Shown: one piece after another, positions 44,301-57,249 of the stretch
Numbering within the stretch: the first letter of the stretch is position 1
Layout: each line of letters opens with the position of its first letter
Notes under the pieces: generated by a model
The model's database searches: none
The model's input: the letters and a program-made list of their open reading frames with translations, nothing else
What the model was told of the DNA's origin: nothing
Assembly (NCBI GenBank): GCA_964035545.1
Contig: OZ037765.1
Location: forward strand, 2,542,001-2,606,000
Origin: Bugula neritina
Lineage: Eukaryota > Animalia > Bryozoa
DNA length: 64,000 nucleotides
Reading direction: 5' to 3'
Program-made: the position numbers and the translations under genes

Positions 44301-47300
44301 GCTCAAATTCTCCAGACTCTGAGAACTGTTAGATCCAACTTTATATACATCACAAAAGTGGCCAATCCAAAGTAAGTTAACATTTGTAGTAAGGGAGGTG
44401 GCCAATCCAAAGTAAGTTCACATTTGTAGTAAGGGAGGTGGCCAATCCAAAGTAAGTTAACATTTGTGGTATGAAAAGTGGCCAATCCAAAGTAAGTTAA
44501 CATTTGTGGTATGAAAAGTGGCCAATCCAAGGTAAGTTAACATTGTTTTTATGAAAACTGCTGGACTACTTCTCCTGATTTTTTTCTAAGTAATTAATTA
44601 ATGTCAAACTTGTATGTAAAATACACCTTCTATAGTCACATGGTACATAAAATGACTCTGAATAATTATTGGGTTATGCCACAAATGTAAAAAAATGTAA
44701 TAGAAAATTAGAAATGACTTTAGTTGAATTATTCAAATATTTATAGTTTGTTATCAAAGCTATAAACAATGAAAACTTGCGCGTTTTCATGTCTTTTAAT
44801 CATTAAGACACAAATCAAATCATGAGTAAAACATATAAAAGGAAAGAATATGATAATATAGAATACATAATATGATTTTGTAATAGAAATGTTTTGCCGG
44901 CATTTCATTGATATCGCAAGAGATTATTAATGAGAGGTAGGGAAGCCAGATGCCTAATTATATTCAGTAAATCCAACTGGCAGCATAAATATTTATTGCT
45001 GCCATTTGTTTAGTACTTGCAATATAAAATATATATAAAGCAGCAGCTGTAATAATTTCTTTATTTGCACAAAATATGCTAGATAAATAAAATAAATTAC
45101 TTTTGAATTTTTTTTGTTATAACTCTTAGTTTTGAAAGGCAAAGTTTAAATCTGAAATATATGAGAACAAAATTGTTGACATGCTATAAAACTTGTTTAA
45201 CAGCTTTTAGCAACTTCTTGGTGAAGTAGGTTGTAAAAGCTTTTAGTAACAGCTACTGTACAGTTGCTTAGGTTAATGTAGATTTCTTCACCTTGAAATC
45301 AAACACCAATGTAGAGTGGTAACATATATTTTAAGTTTTCAATCAGAATTTTTGAATTACTATTTGTCCATTTCTGCTTGCAGAATGAGACGAGGCTCTT
45401 CTTGCGCCCCCCAACCAACAACTTCTAACAACAACTTGAAACACTCGGGTCTAAGTAAGTTGAACCTAATTAAACAATAAAAAACTTTTTACAAATATGT
45501 TTTACTGTCTGATTATAAACAATAAATAAATTGTTATCATGCAAAACTGTAACTGAGAAAAATGTTTAAAATTTATTTCATCACAGTAATTCTACTCACT
45601 TAACTTAAATATTTAAGATGTATTAGTTTAACAGTACTTATACAACATTGTATGTATACTAATTATATCGCATTGATTTTACAACTGAAATACATCTTCA
45701 ACTGACACTGTGTACATAGCAGTTATTTAAAACCTGAAATTAAAATGTGTTCATTGTAGGTTTTATGTAACTTATGTGACATATTAGTTTTCATTTCGAT
45801 AAAGCATGTATTAGGGGAAGTCATTTGGGATTGCGGTAATGACTCGTGGTAGTTGTATGGGTCATGTCACTTTTTAATTAGCATGATGTTTCTAGCTCTG
45901 TGCAGAAGGTTAGCCTAATGTGCAGTCTGAGAGAAATTGCAGCTATGACGTAGACTGCATACTTAACCTCCCTAATTGAATTCCTGCGGGTGCCTTCATA
46001 CTGCTCTCCGTATCTCATGCAGATTATTCGTTACAGCAATATTATTGACTATATAATTTAATATTGGACGTTACATTGAATTACGCTTAACCTAATGCAT
46101 GCTAGTCTATCATAATCTACGCATTCTCAAGTAATTACTAGTTAATTGGACTGACTAACCCATAGAAGTGAAAGTATACAACCCATATGACTGCCAAACT
46201 GCTATTCCTCACTTATTATATGTAAAACTCATATTATCTGCAAAACAATTTCATTTATACTACTAATGAACTAATAATAAATTCAAATAGTAGGCTGTGA
46301 ACTTAGTATTAACTTTGCAATTGGTTAAATTACATCCTTATAAATAGTTTAAAATATATGAAAAACATTATCCACCTAGTAGAATATTTTAAAATAAACT
46401 TCTATAATGTTATAATTATTTTAAATGTTAGAAATGACATAAGATTGCAATTTATTAGAATACATGAATTATCATGTTATATAAATACATTTTATGCATA
46501 TATATTTATATATATTACATTAAACAATATATATTATACAATAAGAGAGAATATCACATTGTGCAATATATGTTATACAATTTAGAACAATATTGCAAGA
46601 AACAACATATAGTATACAATATAAAACAATATTACACACAATATATTATCAATAACTTTCGTAGTTATTGATGACGAGAGTCAAAAGATGGCTCGAGACA
46701 CTTTAGATGAACTGGACTGGTGTTTAGACCAGCTGGAAACAATGCACACACACAGGTCTGTGGGTGATATGGCATCTAACAAGGTAACTAACATCTAACA
46801 TTCCTCCATCCACTATATTATTATAATATCTAATGCAGCTTAATGTTACTTGTTCAGTGATTTTATTTTGATTAAATGTGTTAAAATAATTAAATACTAA
46901 TTATAGCTGGTGATCATAGTTTGTTATTTTTATTATGCAACACACAAGTAACTATTTGCTTAAAATATTTAACTAGGTTGAAACTAAATTCTTGTGGACT
47001 AGCTGCTATGTTTAATTAATTTGTAACGTGTCTAATATTTGCAGTAATCAAATCTGCTTGTACTTTACATTCTCCTACAACAAACGTTTAATGTTAGTTA
47101 TGCCAAAAAACAGCGCAACTTTTTAATTTTTTTTATGTTTTTCTTAGTTCCGGAAAATGCTAGGAAAAGAACTAACTGCTTTTGAAGCTGATGATTCGAA
47201 TCCAGTTGGAAATAGTCGAGTTTCTGACTTTATATTCCAGAACTATCTAAGTAAGATTATCCTACTCTATATAAAGCTGTCTATACTCTAAGTTATGCTC

Positions 47301-50300
47301 TTCATACTCTAAATGAAGCCATTTATATTATAAAATCTAAATAACACTATCTACACTCTAGTTAAATTTGTCTATATCCATAGATGAGACTATCTAGCTA
47401 TCTTTAATTTTCTGTATATATACCTATTTGATATCAACTCAAAATAACCTATGAACAGCTACATATAACAGCCATCATTTTGTGCTTTAAAGATAAAGAG
47501 CAAGAATTGGACCTTCCATCTCCAAAAGAGCAAGATGGCGTCAATAAACTTCCTGTTTCCACAGCCATGTCTTCTGACTCAGTTGGACCTTCTTCATCAG
47601 AAGTGAGCAGTAACCACAGCAATAGGCACATACAAATGGTGAGTTTGTAGTTAAAAGTCAAAGTGAGTTTAACTTTAAATAAACTTGCAGCTCTATATAT
47701 ACGTCTAAAACTCGCCACTAAGAGGAAGTATAAGCTTAGACATCATGTAAAATAATGATATCTATTTGGTGTGTAGTTAGTTACAAATAGAATTTCAGTT
47801 CAATTTCTGCAATTGCCAGCAATAAGTGTCAATTACTATTATTAGTGAGACTGTAACTCAGTTTATCGTCAATCAAGAACAGTAGCTTCTAAAACTTTTC
47901 GATTCAACTTCTAAAAATAGTGTCAGGTTCACCAACTGAAATAAATGCTTTAAAAATAGTTGAGGATAAAACTGCATGTATTTTTATTAGCACTAAATTG
48001 AGAGAGTTCAGTAGCAGCTTTAGATGAGGATGAAATTGAGTGAACAAAATGAATAGCTGGTCTACATTATGTACGAACTAGTGTAGTATTTAAATCTAGA
48101 CAATACTTTAGTTAATGACCTCTGACAGACGAGAGACACGCTTTCTATCGCTGCTGTTACAGCTAACTTTACGTTTTTGCTGTATAGTGTCTCCATACAG
48201 CCTTGACCAGCTGTTCCATTATACTGTGCTGAATGAAAATCAATAGACTCTACTTGGGAGCTCCGTTTGACGTCATTAAATACACTCTGAACGATTAAAT
48301 TAACACAATTGTAAGAAGTGCTTTGTTTGAAAGCAGTCACTAGATGGCGCTGCTTAGTTTGAGTTATTACTTGATAATGAAAGAGTTCATATTGCTGTAA
48401 ATTAGGAGTTATGTCTCTCTTTAGAGCTCTCATAGAGTACTCTCTAAAACAGATTCTCTTTCTAATACAATCCCAGAATGCCCTGAGGATATCCCTGTGT
48501 CTGGAGTAGAAACAACTCACCAGCAAGAACTTATGCAAGTTAGTAACTATGTGTGCCCGTGAATAATCTTTGTTTTGAGCTAATTTATAATACATTTTCA
48601 GTAAAGAATGCTTGAAATGAATAACACCAGTAACAAACTGTAATTATGCGTTCTAGTCAAGTTGCAATTCATCCTTTGTGAATATATCAAACTATGTAAT
48701 TAATAGGAAAGGATTTTTTTTTATTAAAATCAAAGTGATTGAATTTGATAAAAAAACGCATGCAGTATAATCTGTTGCCTTTACTGTATAGAAAGATTTG
48801 CAAATTCATTCTAATATTTCCTGTTGGTGTAATTTGTAGTACTTAGGAGAAGTGGATAATTGGGGAATAGATGTGTTCAAGATATCTGAGCTCTCTAATA
48901 GCAGACCTCTAACATGCATAACCTACACCATAATGAAGGTTGGTGTCTTGTATAAAGAGGATGTTGCATTTTACATTGATGTGCAATATGAAATGAAGCA
49001 GATATTATTATAATGTATAGTAACAGAAGATCATTTCTGATTTAGTGAATTGTAGCTTATGTTTTTGAGCTGTTGATGAAATCTCCTTGTATGGTTATAT
49101 ACAAGTTGTATTTAAATTGAAAACAAACCAGAGCATTTTGTGTGCGTCATTGGACAGATTCTGCAAGTTTTTTTTATAGTTATATGACCCCTTTTGTAAA
49201 CATTTTAAAAAAATATTTAAAAGAAAACATTTACATGTTTTCTAATATAAAAAAGGCCGTACTGATTAGAAGTTACTTATTTTAAAACTTTTTGTAATAT
49301 TTTTCTATTGTTTCCCATTGAATTAAAATAGATAAATAACTTTTTTATAATTTTTATCTATGTAAACTATTACTATTTTTTTCAATTGCTATAATGCAAA
49401 GCTAAAATTACTCAAATTAAACTGGCTATGTCATAAATCTTTAATAGACTAATACTTGTACCGAAAAGCATTATAACTAATCAATGATATTTTTAGAAAC
49501 GTAACTTACTCAACACCTTCCAGATAAACCCACAGACACTAGTAACTTATTTGATGCACTTGGAGGCCCACTACCACCAGGATGTTCCCTACCACAACAA
49601 CATGCACGCTGCCGACGTCGTGCAGTCAGCGCATGTGCTGCTCAATGCTCAGGTATTGAAGGTTGGTGCTGTCCTGCTCTCCATATCTAACATCTGTTGG
49701 TTCGTGTGTTGCACTTGCTGCCTAAGCATCTTCTTCAAATCTTCTCAGCACTGCCTGTTCGTATCATCAAAACGAAATTGAAAACAAAAAATCTGTTGCA
49801 CAAAACTGTCAAAGAAATTGTCGTTTAAGTTGATGTAATACTGTCATGACACACTTCTATTCTACTCATCGTAAAACTGGCACGTATTGATTCACAAATC
49901 TTTGTATACAATATTTTCAGTTGACTTGTGCTCTCTGTTCATGTGATAGTATTGCTAGGTAGCACCAGAGCATAAGTGAATGCTGTTTAAACGACTACTA
50001 AATTCTAAATTATTATAAAATGAAATGAAAGGAATTGTCACACCAATGTTTTGAATAAACTCTTTTTCCAACATTACTGTAAAATTTGATATATTGCCGA
50101 GTGCAGCATATATCCACATTGCGCTGTAACGAACTATCCGTTGAGCTATTTGCTGTGTGCTTATGTTTGTCTTCACATTAGCTAACTGTGTTGCTGCTTA
50201 TCAGTATGATTTACTTGGCTCATGCTAAACCGTTTTGATAATTCACCGAGGTAGAGTTAATCACACACTCACAGAACTAGTCTTGATTGCACATCTATAA

Positions 50301-52545
50301 TTGATCAAAACTGCTCTTAGTCATAATAATTTTAATGACTGAATGTTGTGTTTTGTAGCCGATATTTAATGATTTAGAAGTTTTAGCTACGCTCTTCGCT
50401 TGTGCAGCACATGATGTTGACCACCCAGGTGTGTCAAATCAATTCCTTGTCACCACAGGTGAGTGCAAGTGCTTGCAGCTTCTATAACTTATAGCTTACA
50501 AAATGTTTATAAGTTTTTATACTTTCGAGTTTGTTAACTTAATTTTAAATTGAAGTAGTTATAATATGTCCGATTAGCATTGCAATATAAGCTTACAACA
50601 GCTGCTAAGCGGTCATTCAACTGAATAATAATGGAGTAGAGAATATGATGTTGTAGAGAACAGACTGGCTTGGCTTTATAATGATGAATCGGTATTAGAG
50701 AACCATCATATATCATTAGCTTTTCAACTCCTAAAAGATGAAGGATGTAATATTTTTGATAATCTTGCTCCTAAGCAGTGGAAAAGTGTGCGAAAAATGG
50801 CCATAGACATGGTGAGTGTGACTGCATTTTGATATAATAAAACTTTGCTTGCAAATCTTTGTTTGACTGAAAAATTATCCCACAAACTATATTTATTTAA
50901 ACTGCAATTAAACACATTTTATAATAACTATCAAAACCATCTCGAAATTAAACATAGGATAAAAATTATTTATTGGAGCAAAATTTAAAACAGGTAATGT
51001 TTATATGTCTTTTTGCATTCTTTATAAAATATAAATTAGTAGTATGCTGCAAACCTCATTTTTGCACAACTTTATATTAAATGTATTAACTAGAATTAAA
51101 CAAAATCATAATGTGTCTACACAGTTTATTTATTTTATTAATTTTTATCGGAATCAATATTATTTAGAACTAATTTGAAGTTCATTTCATTTATAATTTA
51201 TACTTATTTACCTTATGATTTATTTTATCTTATTTAACAGGTGTTGTCCACAGACATGTCCAAGCATATGGGTCTGTTGGCAGAGCTGAAAACTATGGTA
51301 GAAACGAAAAAAGTAGCGGCTGCTTATGAACTGAAGCTAGATAACTACGCTGAAAGGATCCAGGTAGGTCTACAAAACCACCAACACAGTACCAGACTTG
51401 TGTAAATCTCGAAACAGATGGTTGCTTTCTTGAATTAGACAATACTCCAAATCATACAGTGCTTCACGCTAGTCTTACTAACTAATAAAATTATCAATGT
51501 GGATATTTGTTGTGAGCATGCCAGATATACTTTTATTACTCATTGTGATAAGACTAACGCTTTCGTTATGAACTGTTTAGAAGATAAAAAAACTTTTTCA
51601 ACAATTGCTTTTTTGCTCTCACATGCACATGAGCAGTTTAAATATTCTCTTTAGGTTCTTCAGAACTTGGTGCACTGTGCAGACCTGGGAAACCCAGCCA
51701 AGCCATTGCAGTTTTACAAGCAGTGGACTGACCGAATAACAGAGGAGTTTTTCAATCAAGGAGATGAGGAAAAACGGCGGGACATTTCACTGAGTCCCAT
51801 GTGTGAGAGACCAGAAAATAAGGCTTTGCGAGATGAATCTGTGGCTAAAACTCAGGTGATCATAAATTCATCAATATATTATATGCATTAGATATATATA
51901 ATATTATATTAAAGGTAGATACATGTATATATCATGTTTACATAGTTTAATTTAAACATGGTGTATGATATATCACATTCCTGAAACTAAAAATGGTACT
52001 TTATTCAATTGTTAGTTTATTTTTCATACCAAAGTTTTTCAAATCTACATTCTACATTTCAAATGTTTAATCTCCTAAGGTCAACAAAGTGTATTATGTA
52101 AAAAAGACACAGTTTTTAGATCAGCTAAAACATTACTTTATGTAATTTTTCTACTTTTCATTTAATAAATAATGTATAATTGCATAACTAATATTATTGA
52201 CAGAAAATTATTCAAGTGCAGCAGCTATAGAAATTTAATTGACTGCACAAGATTGCCTTACAGCTATTTAATGAGTCATATTTATAGACTATCATGTAAT
52301 GTGTAACTTTATTGCATCATGGTCTTACTGAATTGCAGGTTGGTTTCATCACGTATATTGTTCACCCTTTGTGGGAGACGTGGGGTGACTTAGTAAGCGA
52401 TGCTTCAACACAACTATTGCACCTAGAAGATAACCGAGACTATTACGACAAGATGTACCAGGATTGCGTGAAAAAGAGGCTCACAGATACATCTACAGTC
52501 CCCGCATTGACCCCTTCAGTAGAAGATGTCGCGGACAATGAGTGA
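38323..52545 (+). CDS. PDE4: cAMP-specific 3',5'-cyclic phosphodiesterase 4 (dunce-like), shared exons: 38323-38490, 44273-44371, 45384-45454, 46665-46783, 47148-47250, 47493-47638, 48425-48538, 48840-48938, 49497-49661, 50359-50458, 50657-50811, 51241-51363, 51655-51855, 52339-52545
   Basis: UCR1 [17 protein letters not shown] and [11 protein letters not shown]; UCR2 [24 protein letters not shown]; catalytic [65 protein letters not shown]. The 14 exons total 1870 nt and close the frame when joined to any phase-2 first exon. Confidence 0.96.
39079..39633. mobile_element. MITE-like non-autonomous element with imperfect terminal inverted repeats and an internal 15/45-bp tandem array (39294-39540)
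   Basis: atggtcagt (39079-39087) and ccagccacct (39101-39110) are reverse complements of actgaccat (39625-39633) and aggtggctgg (39597-39606), correctly nested. Internal unit ggtggtttcaatttg-ggtggtctcaacttg-ggtggtcacagtttc. Confidence 0.6.
41563..41777 (+). CDS. PDE4: PDE4 candidate internal alternative first exon F, splicing to 44273 (middle of UCR1)
   Basis: 215 nt open frame ([18 protein letters not shown]...), donor gg|gtaagt in phase 2, matching the phase-2 acceptor at 44273; an in-frame TAG at 41545-41547 and no phase-2 acceptor upstream argue for a first exon rather than a cassette. Confidence 0.6.
42752..43005. repeat. AT-rich degenerate minisatellite (gtagtaatataat units)
   Basis: Repeated gtagtaatat(a) motifs. 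Confidence 0.85.
44355..44555 (+). repeat. 40-bp tandem repeat, 5 copies, spanning a PDE4 exon end and splice donor
   Basis: Unit gtggccaatccaaa|gtaagttaacatttgt...; copy 1 overlaps the end of exon 44273-44371. Confidence 0.94.
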
Positions 52546-53907
52546 TCTTCAAGTAATCAGCTTCAAGGAAACTAAACTACCAGCACTGACAAACTCAAAA
52601 CTTTGATTTGCCATTCCAAGCTTGCGTTATATTGGTGACAAAGATATTGTGGTTTTGTGCTTGAGACAGTAAACTCGGAGTATGTGACATTTAAAATTTA
52701 ACTACACATCTTGGTATGTTTTGTGTGGTAGTATTGTAACTGTGTCCAATAATGCCTCGGATGTAATCAGCAACATGATTGGTTCAAACAAGTGTCATGC
52801 TTTTTTTCTGTTGCAAAGCCAAATAATACCTCGTCAGTTTCCATGTAAACATTGTATTTTTGTACAGTTTTATGCCGTGATAATGGGATATTTATGATTA
52901 TGGTATAAAGAGTAAATTCATAGTTATCAAATTTAACCAAATATTTTATTGTTCTGCTCTGTTTTATATAAGAAAAATATTTGCTTTTGGAATGTAAAAG
53001 TAATTTTATTGAATGGTGAACATCGTGGAATTTGTGCATATTTATCTTCAGTTATATATTTATTTATTATGGTATTCTATTTAATAACTGTCACTATTGC
53101 TGCTTCGAATAACAATCATCTGCTACAAGTTAACTGAGTTTGTTCAAAATTTATCAAAAGCTCTTACAAACAGGATATAGGTTGCCTTGCAGGTAACAGC
53201 AATGATACAGTAAGCTGCCCAGTCACCAACTTCACAGTTATGGCACCAAAAAACTCTTTATTGATAATAACTGAATAGCAATAAAAATGAAGAAGACATT
53301 ACAAAATAAAATCATTGCCAACCTTACTAAGGTGACAACGCAATATATACAATGTGTGAATAACTCCAAAATGTTGCAACAAAAGGAATTTGTCGTCTAT
53401 CTTTTTTGTGACACAATGTTTTTGGATCAAGCAATGACTAGAAAATTATGCTATTATAACTCAAAAATTAGGCTTAAAATAAAAACAAGTATTGAACCAT
53501 AGAAATCAGCCAGAAGTTATAAGAATTGGAAATGTTCTTCATACTGCAACGCAGTACTAAAGTGATTCAAAAGTGTGTGAAGAGAACAAAATGAAAAGCA
53601 TATAAAAGCAAAATGATGAGAATCTGGTAAAACGACTACAACTGAGGTAATATAACTATAGATTGACAGAAAGACGATAAGTATAATCACCAAAATACAA
53701 TATAAAAATGGTATAGACCGAGTGAGAAATATACAGGATTGTCTTCGACTAGTTTAAAATGATGACACGAAGTCATACTCTAATAGGTTTGATAATACTA
53801 TAATAATACTCTGTCATCAGTGGCGAGGTGTAACCTTCAGATCTCCTTTATCCAGCATAATAAACTTTATTTACTGATTACTTTGTGGCTGGTATGTGAT
53901 TCCACCC

Positions 53908-56727
53908 TCAACAGCATTTCTTTTTTGATGAGCTCGAGCTAAGATTAACAACTGTTTCAGATGATGGACCATCCCTGCCAGCTTGCTGCAACACACCAAA
54001 TGAAAGTCATTTTCTAAATTTTAAACAATATTAGCTTTTTATAAAAGCAAGTGGTGCATTACTAGTTGGCACAGAACTTATCCAAACATCTGAAAACCCA
54101 CTATTAAATTCTCCTAGACAAAACTGCTGCATGGTAATCACTCTCCTGTGTTATATCTGATCAAGCAGTACACAATTATACTAAGAGAAGACAACTCTGG
54201 ATAAGTGCTATACTGCATGTTTATATATCATAAAGACTTATGCACATTTGATAAGCTATTCATTGGACAGTTATTAAAATACAATTCATATAAATCAAAT
54301 GTATTATATATATATTCAAGCTGGTGTTAAAAACGGTAATTTTTAAATTATTAAATTTTACAAAGCCAGAATGTTGAGTTCACTGAAAGAAATTATGTTG
54401 CAATTAGCTGATAGCAGTAGTCTAGTACTAATTTATTAGAAACCCTGAATATAAGTACAACACAAAAGTTAATTTCATGCTTTCTCAGCATTGAGGGACA
54501 AAATTTCTAAATAAATGCATAATGTAAGACTTAACACCACAATTATCTCTCCAAGAATGTTTGTTTTCCTGAATTATAGAATCTATTTTTACGGACTATT
54601 AAATGATTCTTCAACATCTATAGTAACAAAAATATGGAAATAACAAAATAAACCATAAAATATAACAATTTTTAGCCTGTGGTCAAAAATTTTATTAGAA
54701 TAGTCTGAGTACCTAAGAAGGACACTTACCTTATCCATTTTTTCTAATATTGATGCAGACAAGTCCATGAAGGCCTTCTCCACGTTGATGTTAGTCTTGG
54801 CACTCGTCTCCATAAACGGGATATTGTGTTGCTTAGCAACCTGTAAACACGGTGTGACATCATCAAGACTAATTTACAGCAAACCAACAACAGTTACCTG
54901 CAGATTATTATAACGGAAGTAGTCAGGGAAAACAGCTGCCATTATTAATGATGCAGTGGTGAGACAACTCTCATATTTAAGGAAATTGAGTCTACACACT
55001 AAAATATTTTTTATCAGTTAAAGATGAGGCATATAACGCTTCTTTATACCACTCGCTCATGCAAAACAGCTCATAAAAACGTACACGTTTCACACATCAG
55101 TGCAGATGCATGTAGCTGTGACTTGAGACCAAACTTACCATCATCGCTTTCTCTGAGCTGATCTGTCTTTTGTCTTCCATATCAGCCTTGTTGCCTAGCA
55201 ACATCTTCTCAACATCTTCATTAGCATGCTAAATATAGAACCGAGGGCTAAATATAGAACAGAGTGCTAAATATAGAACAGAGTGCTAAATATAGAACAG
55301 AGTGCTAAATATAGAACAGAGTGCTAAATATAGAACAGAGTACTAAATATAGGTGCTGTGTTATATTACATTATATATTACATATTATGATGTTGAAATA
55401 CTGGAAGTTGAACAAAGTTTAAATGAATAACAATCTGATGGGACTTTGCCAGACCCTGAAACATCAAAATACAATTCACATTTAAGCACATGGGATAACA
55501 CAAACCGCGTGTTGGGAACTGATAACTCCAAGACCTGATCAACCACAATATTACCCTTGGGGAAAATCACGGCATATTTGTAAATAACAAGTCCAAAGTC
55601 CACACAACAAATTGCTTTAGCAGACACAATGTTACCAGAGAAATGACATTACAAGGTTTACATAATATTCCAGACCAAAATCCAACAGCACAATGATTGT
55701 ATTCAAATCCGAATATTATTAAAGTAGATTAGAACTAAGTACTGTGAACCAACCTATAACTATAAACAAATGCATAATCAGACCTCATGTAAAGCATTGA
55801 TTAGATCAAAGCATAAAATTGAATGCTTCATTCACCTCATCAATGTTTGACAGCCACTTGGAAATGTTGTCAAACGTTCTCTGGTTAGTAATATCATAGA
55901 CTAGCATGATACCCATGGCACCTCTGTAATATGAGGTAGTAATAGTGTGGAATCTATCTTGCCCTGCGGTATCCCTAAATATAACCACATCACATGATCA
56001 GTATGTTGAGCTATTCATAGCTAGTAGTTTATGATGGTATGATTTGAATATAGGCCTTTTAAAATAGTGAAATACTGCTTACTGTTATAGGATATACTTT
56101 CAACTATAAATGTTGAAGTATGAACAATTAAACACTCTTTTGCTCGAGTATAAATGAAGGAAATTAAATAAACAAGAAGCCTTCAGCCTCTAAACGCTAA
56201 AGTTTATAATATATTATATAATAAAACATAGAGATCTGTAACCTTTCAACTCGTAAATTGAGTATTGGATGGTTTATACAATTATTGAAGAAGTCATCAC
56301 AGCTTTAAGCTGTTTGAATCAACTAAAAATATAAAGGAACACAAAAGGAAATAATGAAGCTTATCTACATGTCTCCAAATTATTTAATTTTTTTACACAG
56401 CTGACTAGAATAAAGTAAACATTACCATATCTGTAACTTGACTTTCTTCCCAGCCATTTCAACTGTCTTTATTTTAAAATCAATACCTGAAACAGATACA
56501 TTAAATAAAACAAGGAATGCTAAAGAGGCATAGTGACTCCAGCATTGCTAGTAATGAAATTATATTGCAAAACACAAGATCAACTTTAAAATTTACACAC
56601 CTATCGTTGAAATGAACGTAGTGTTGAAAGCATCATCTGAGAATCGAAATAGTAGTGCAGTTTTTCCGACCCCAGAGTCTCCGATAAGCAACAATTTGAA
56701 TAGCAAATCGTATGTCTTTTTAGCCAT
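53908..56727 (-). CDS. RAB10: Ras-related protein Rab-10, 201 aa. Coding exons 56727-56601, 56486-56426, 55974-55836, 55228-55139, 54840-54730, 53985-53908
   Basis: [99 protein letters not shown]-terminal KKCC prenylation motif. [11 protein letters not shown] and AKKTYDLLF fit Rab10 rather than Rab8. Exons total 606 nt. Confidence 0.94.
55228..55352 (-). repeat. 19-bp tandem repeat, ~6.5 copies, spanning the RAB10 exon 4 splice acceptor
   Basis: Plus-strand unit gctaaatatagaacagagt; on the transcript strand ctctgttctatatttag|ca. Confidence 0.93.
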
Positions 56728-57249
56728 GCTTCTGCAATTGAAATAAAATCATTATAGTACACAACAACTTATTAAATATAATGAAGAAGCTATGAACTAT
56801 TGGATATATAATGAATGCTGTGTTGGGCTAATCATCCCAACAAGATCATGGTCAAAAAAAGCAAACACCATACAAAGCACAGTTTGCAGCCTTCTAAAAG
56901 ACCTTACCATTAAATGTAAGAAGATTGTAACTTTAAAAAATCCCTGACACGCTTCACTTGTGCAGTATTAAATACTCTTATATATATTAGTTTTCATCTA
57001 CAGACTGCCTTAAGGTTGTATGCCTAAACAATTTTGTTTTATAATGCATTTTGTGTGAGTATGTGCTGAAATGATTTGAGATTTCCAATGGCTTTCGGAC
57101 TACTGTTTAGGCTGGCTTTGACTTTACCGCTACTATAAAAATTATAGCTAACTTTCATTGCATGTTATAAGTATAACAATGCACAACTGCAACCGTTTAT
57201 GACTATCAAACGCTTCGTCAATATTATTACCTATAATTAGTAACGTACT

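Noticed and set aside
48062-48595. 177-aa minus-strand ORF within PDE4
   Set aside because: No recognisable family motif; partly antisense to exon 48425-48538; likely chance.
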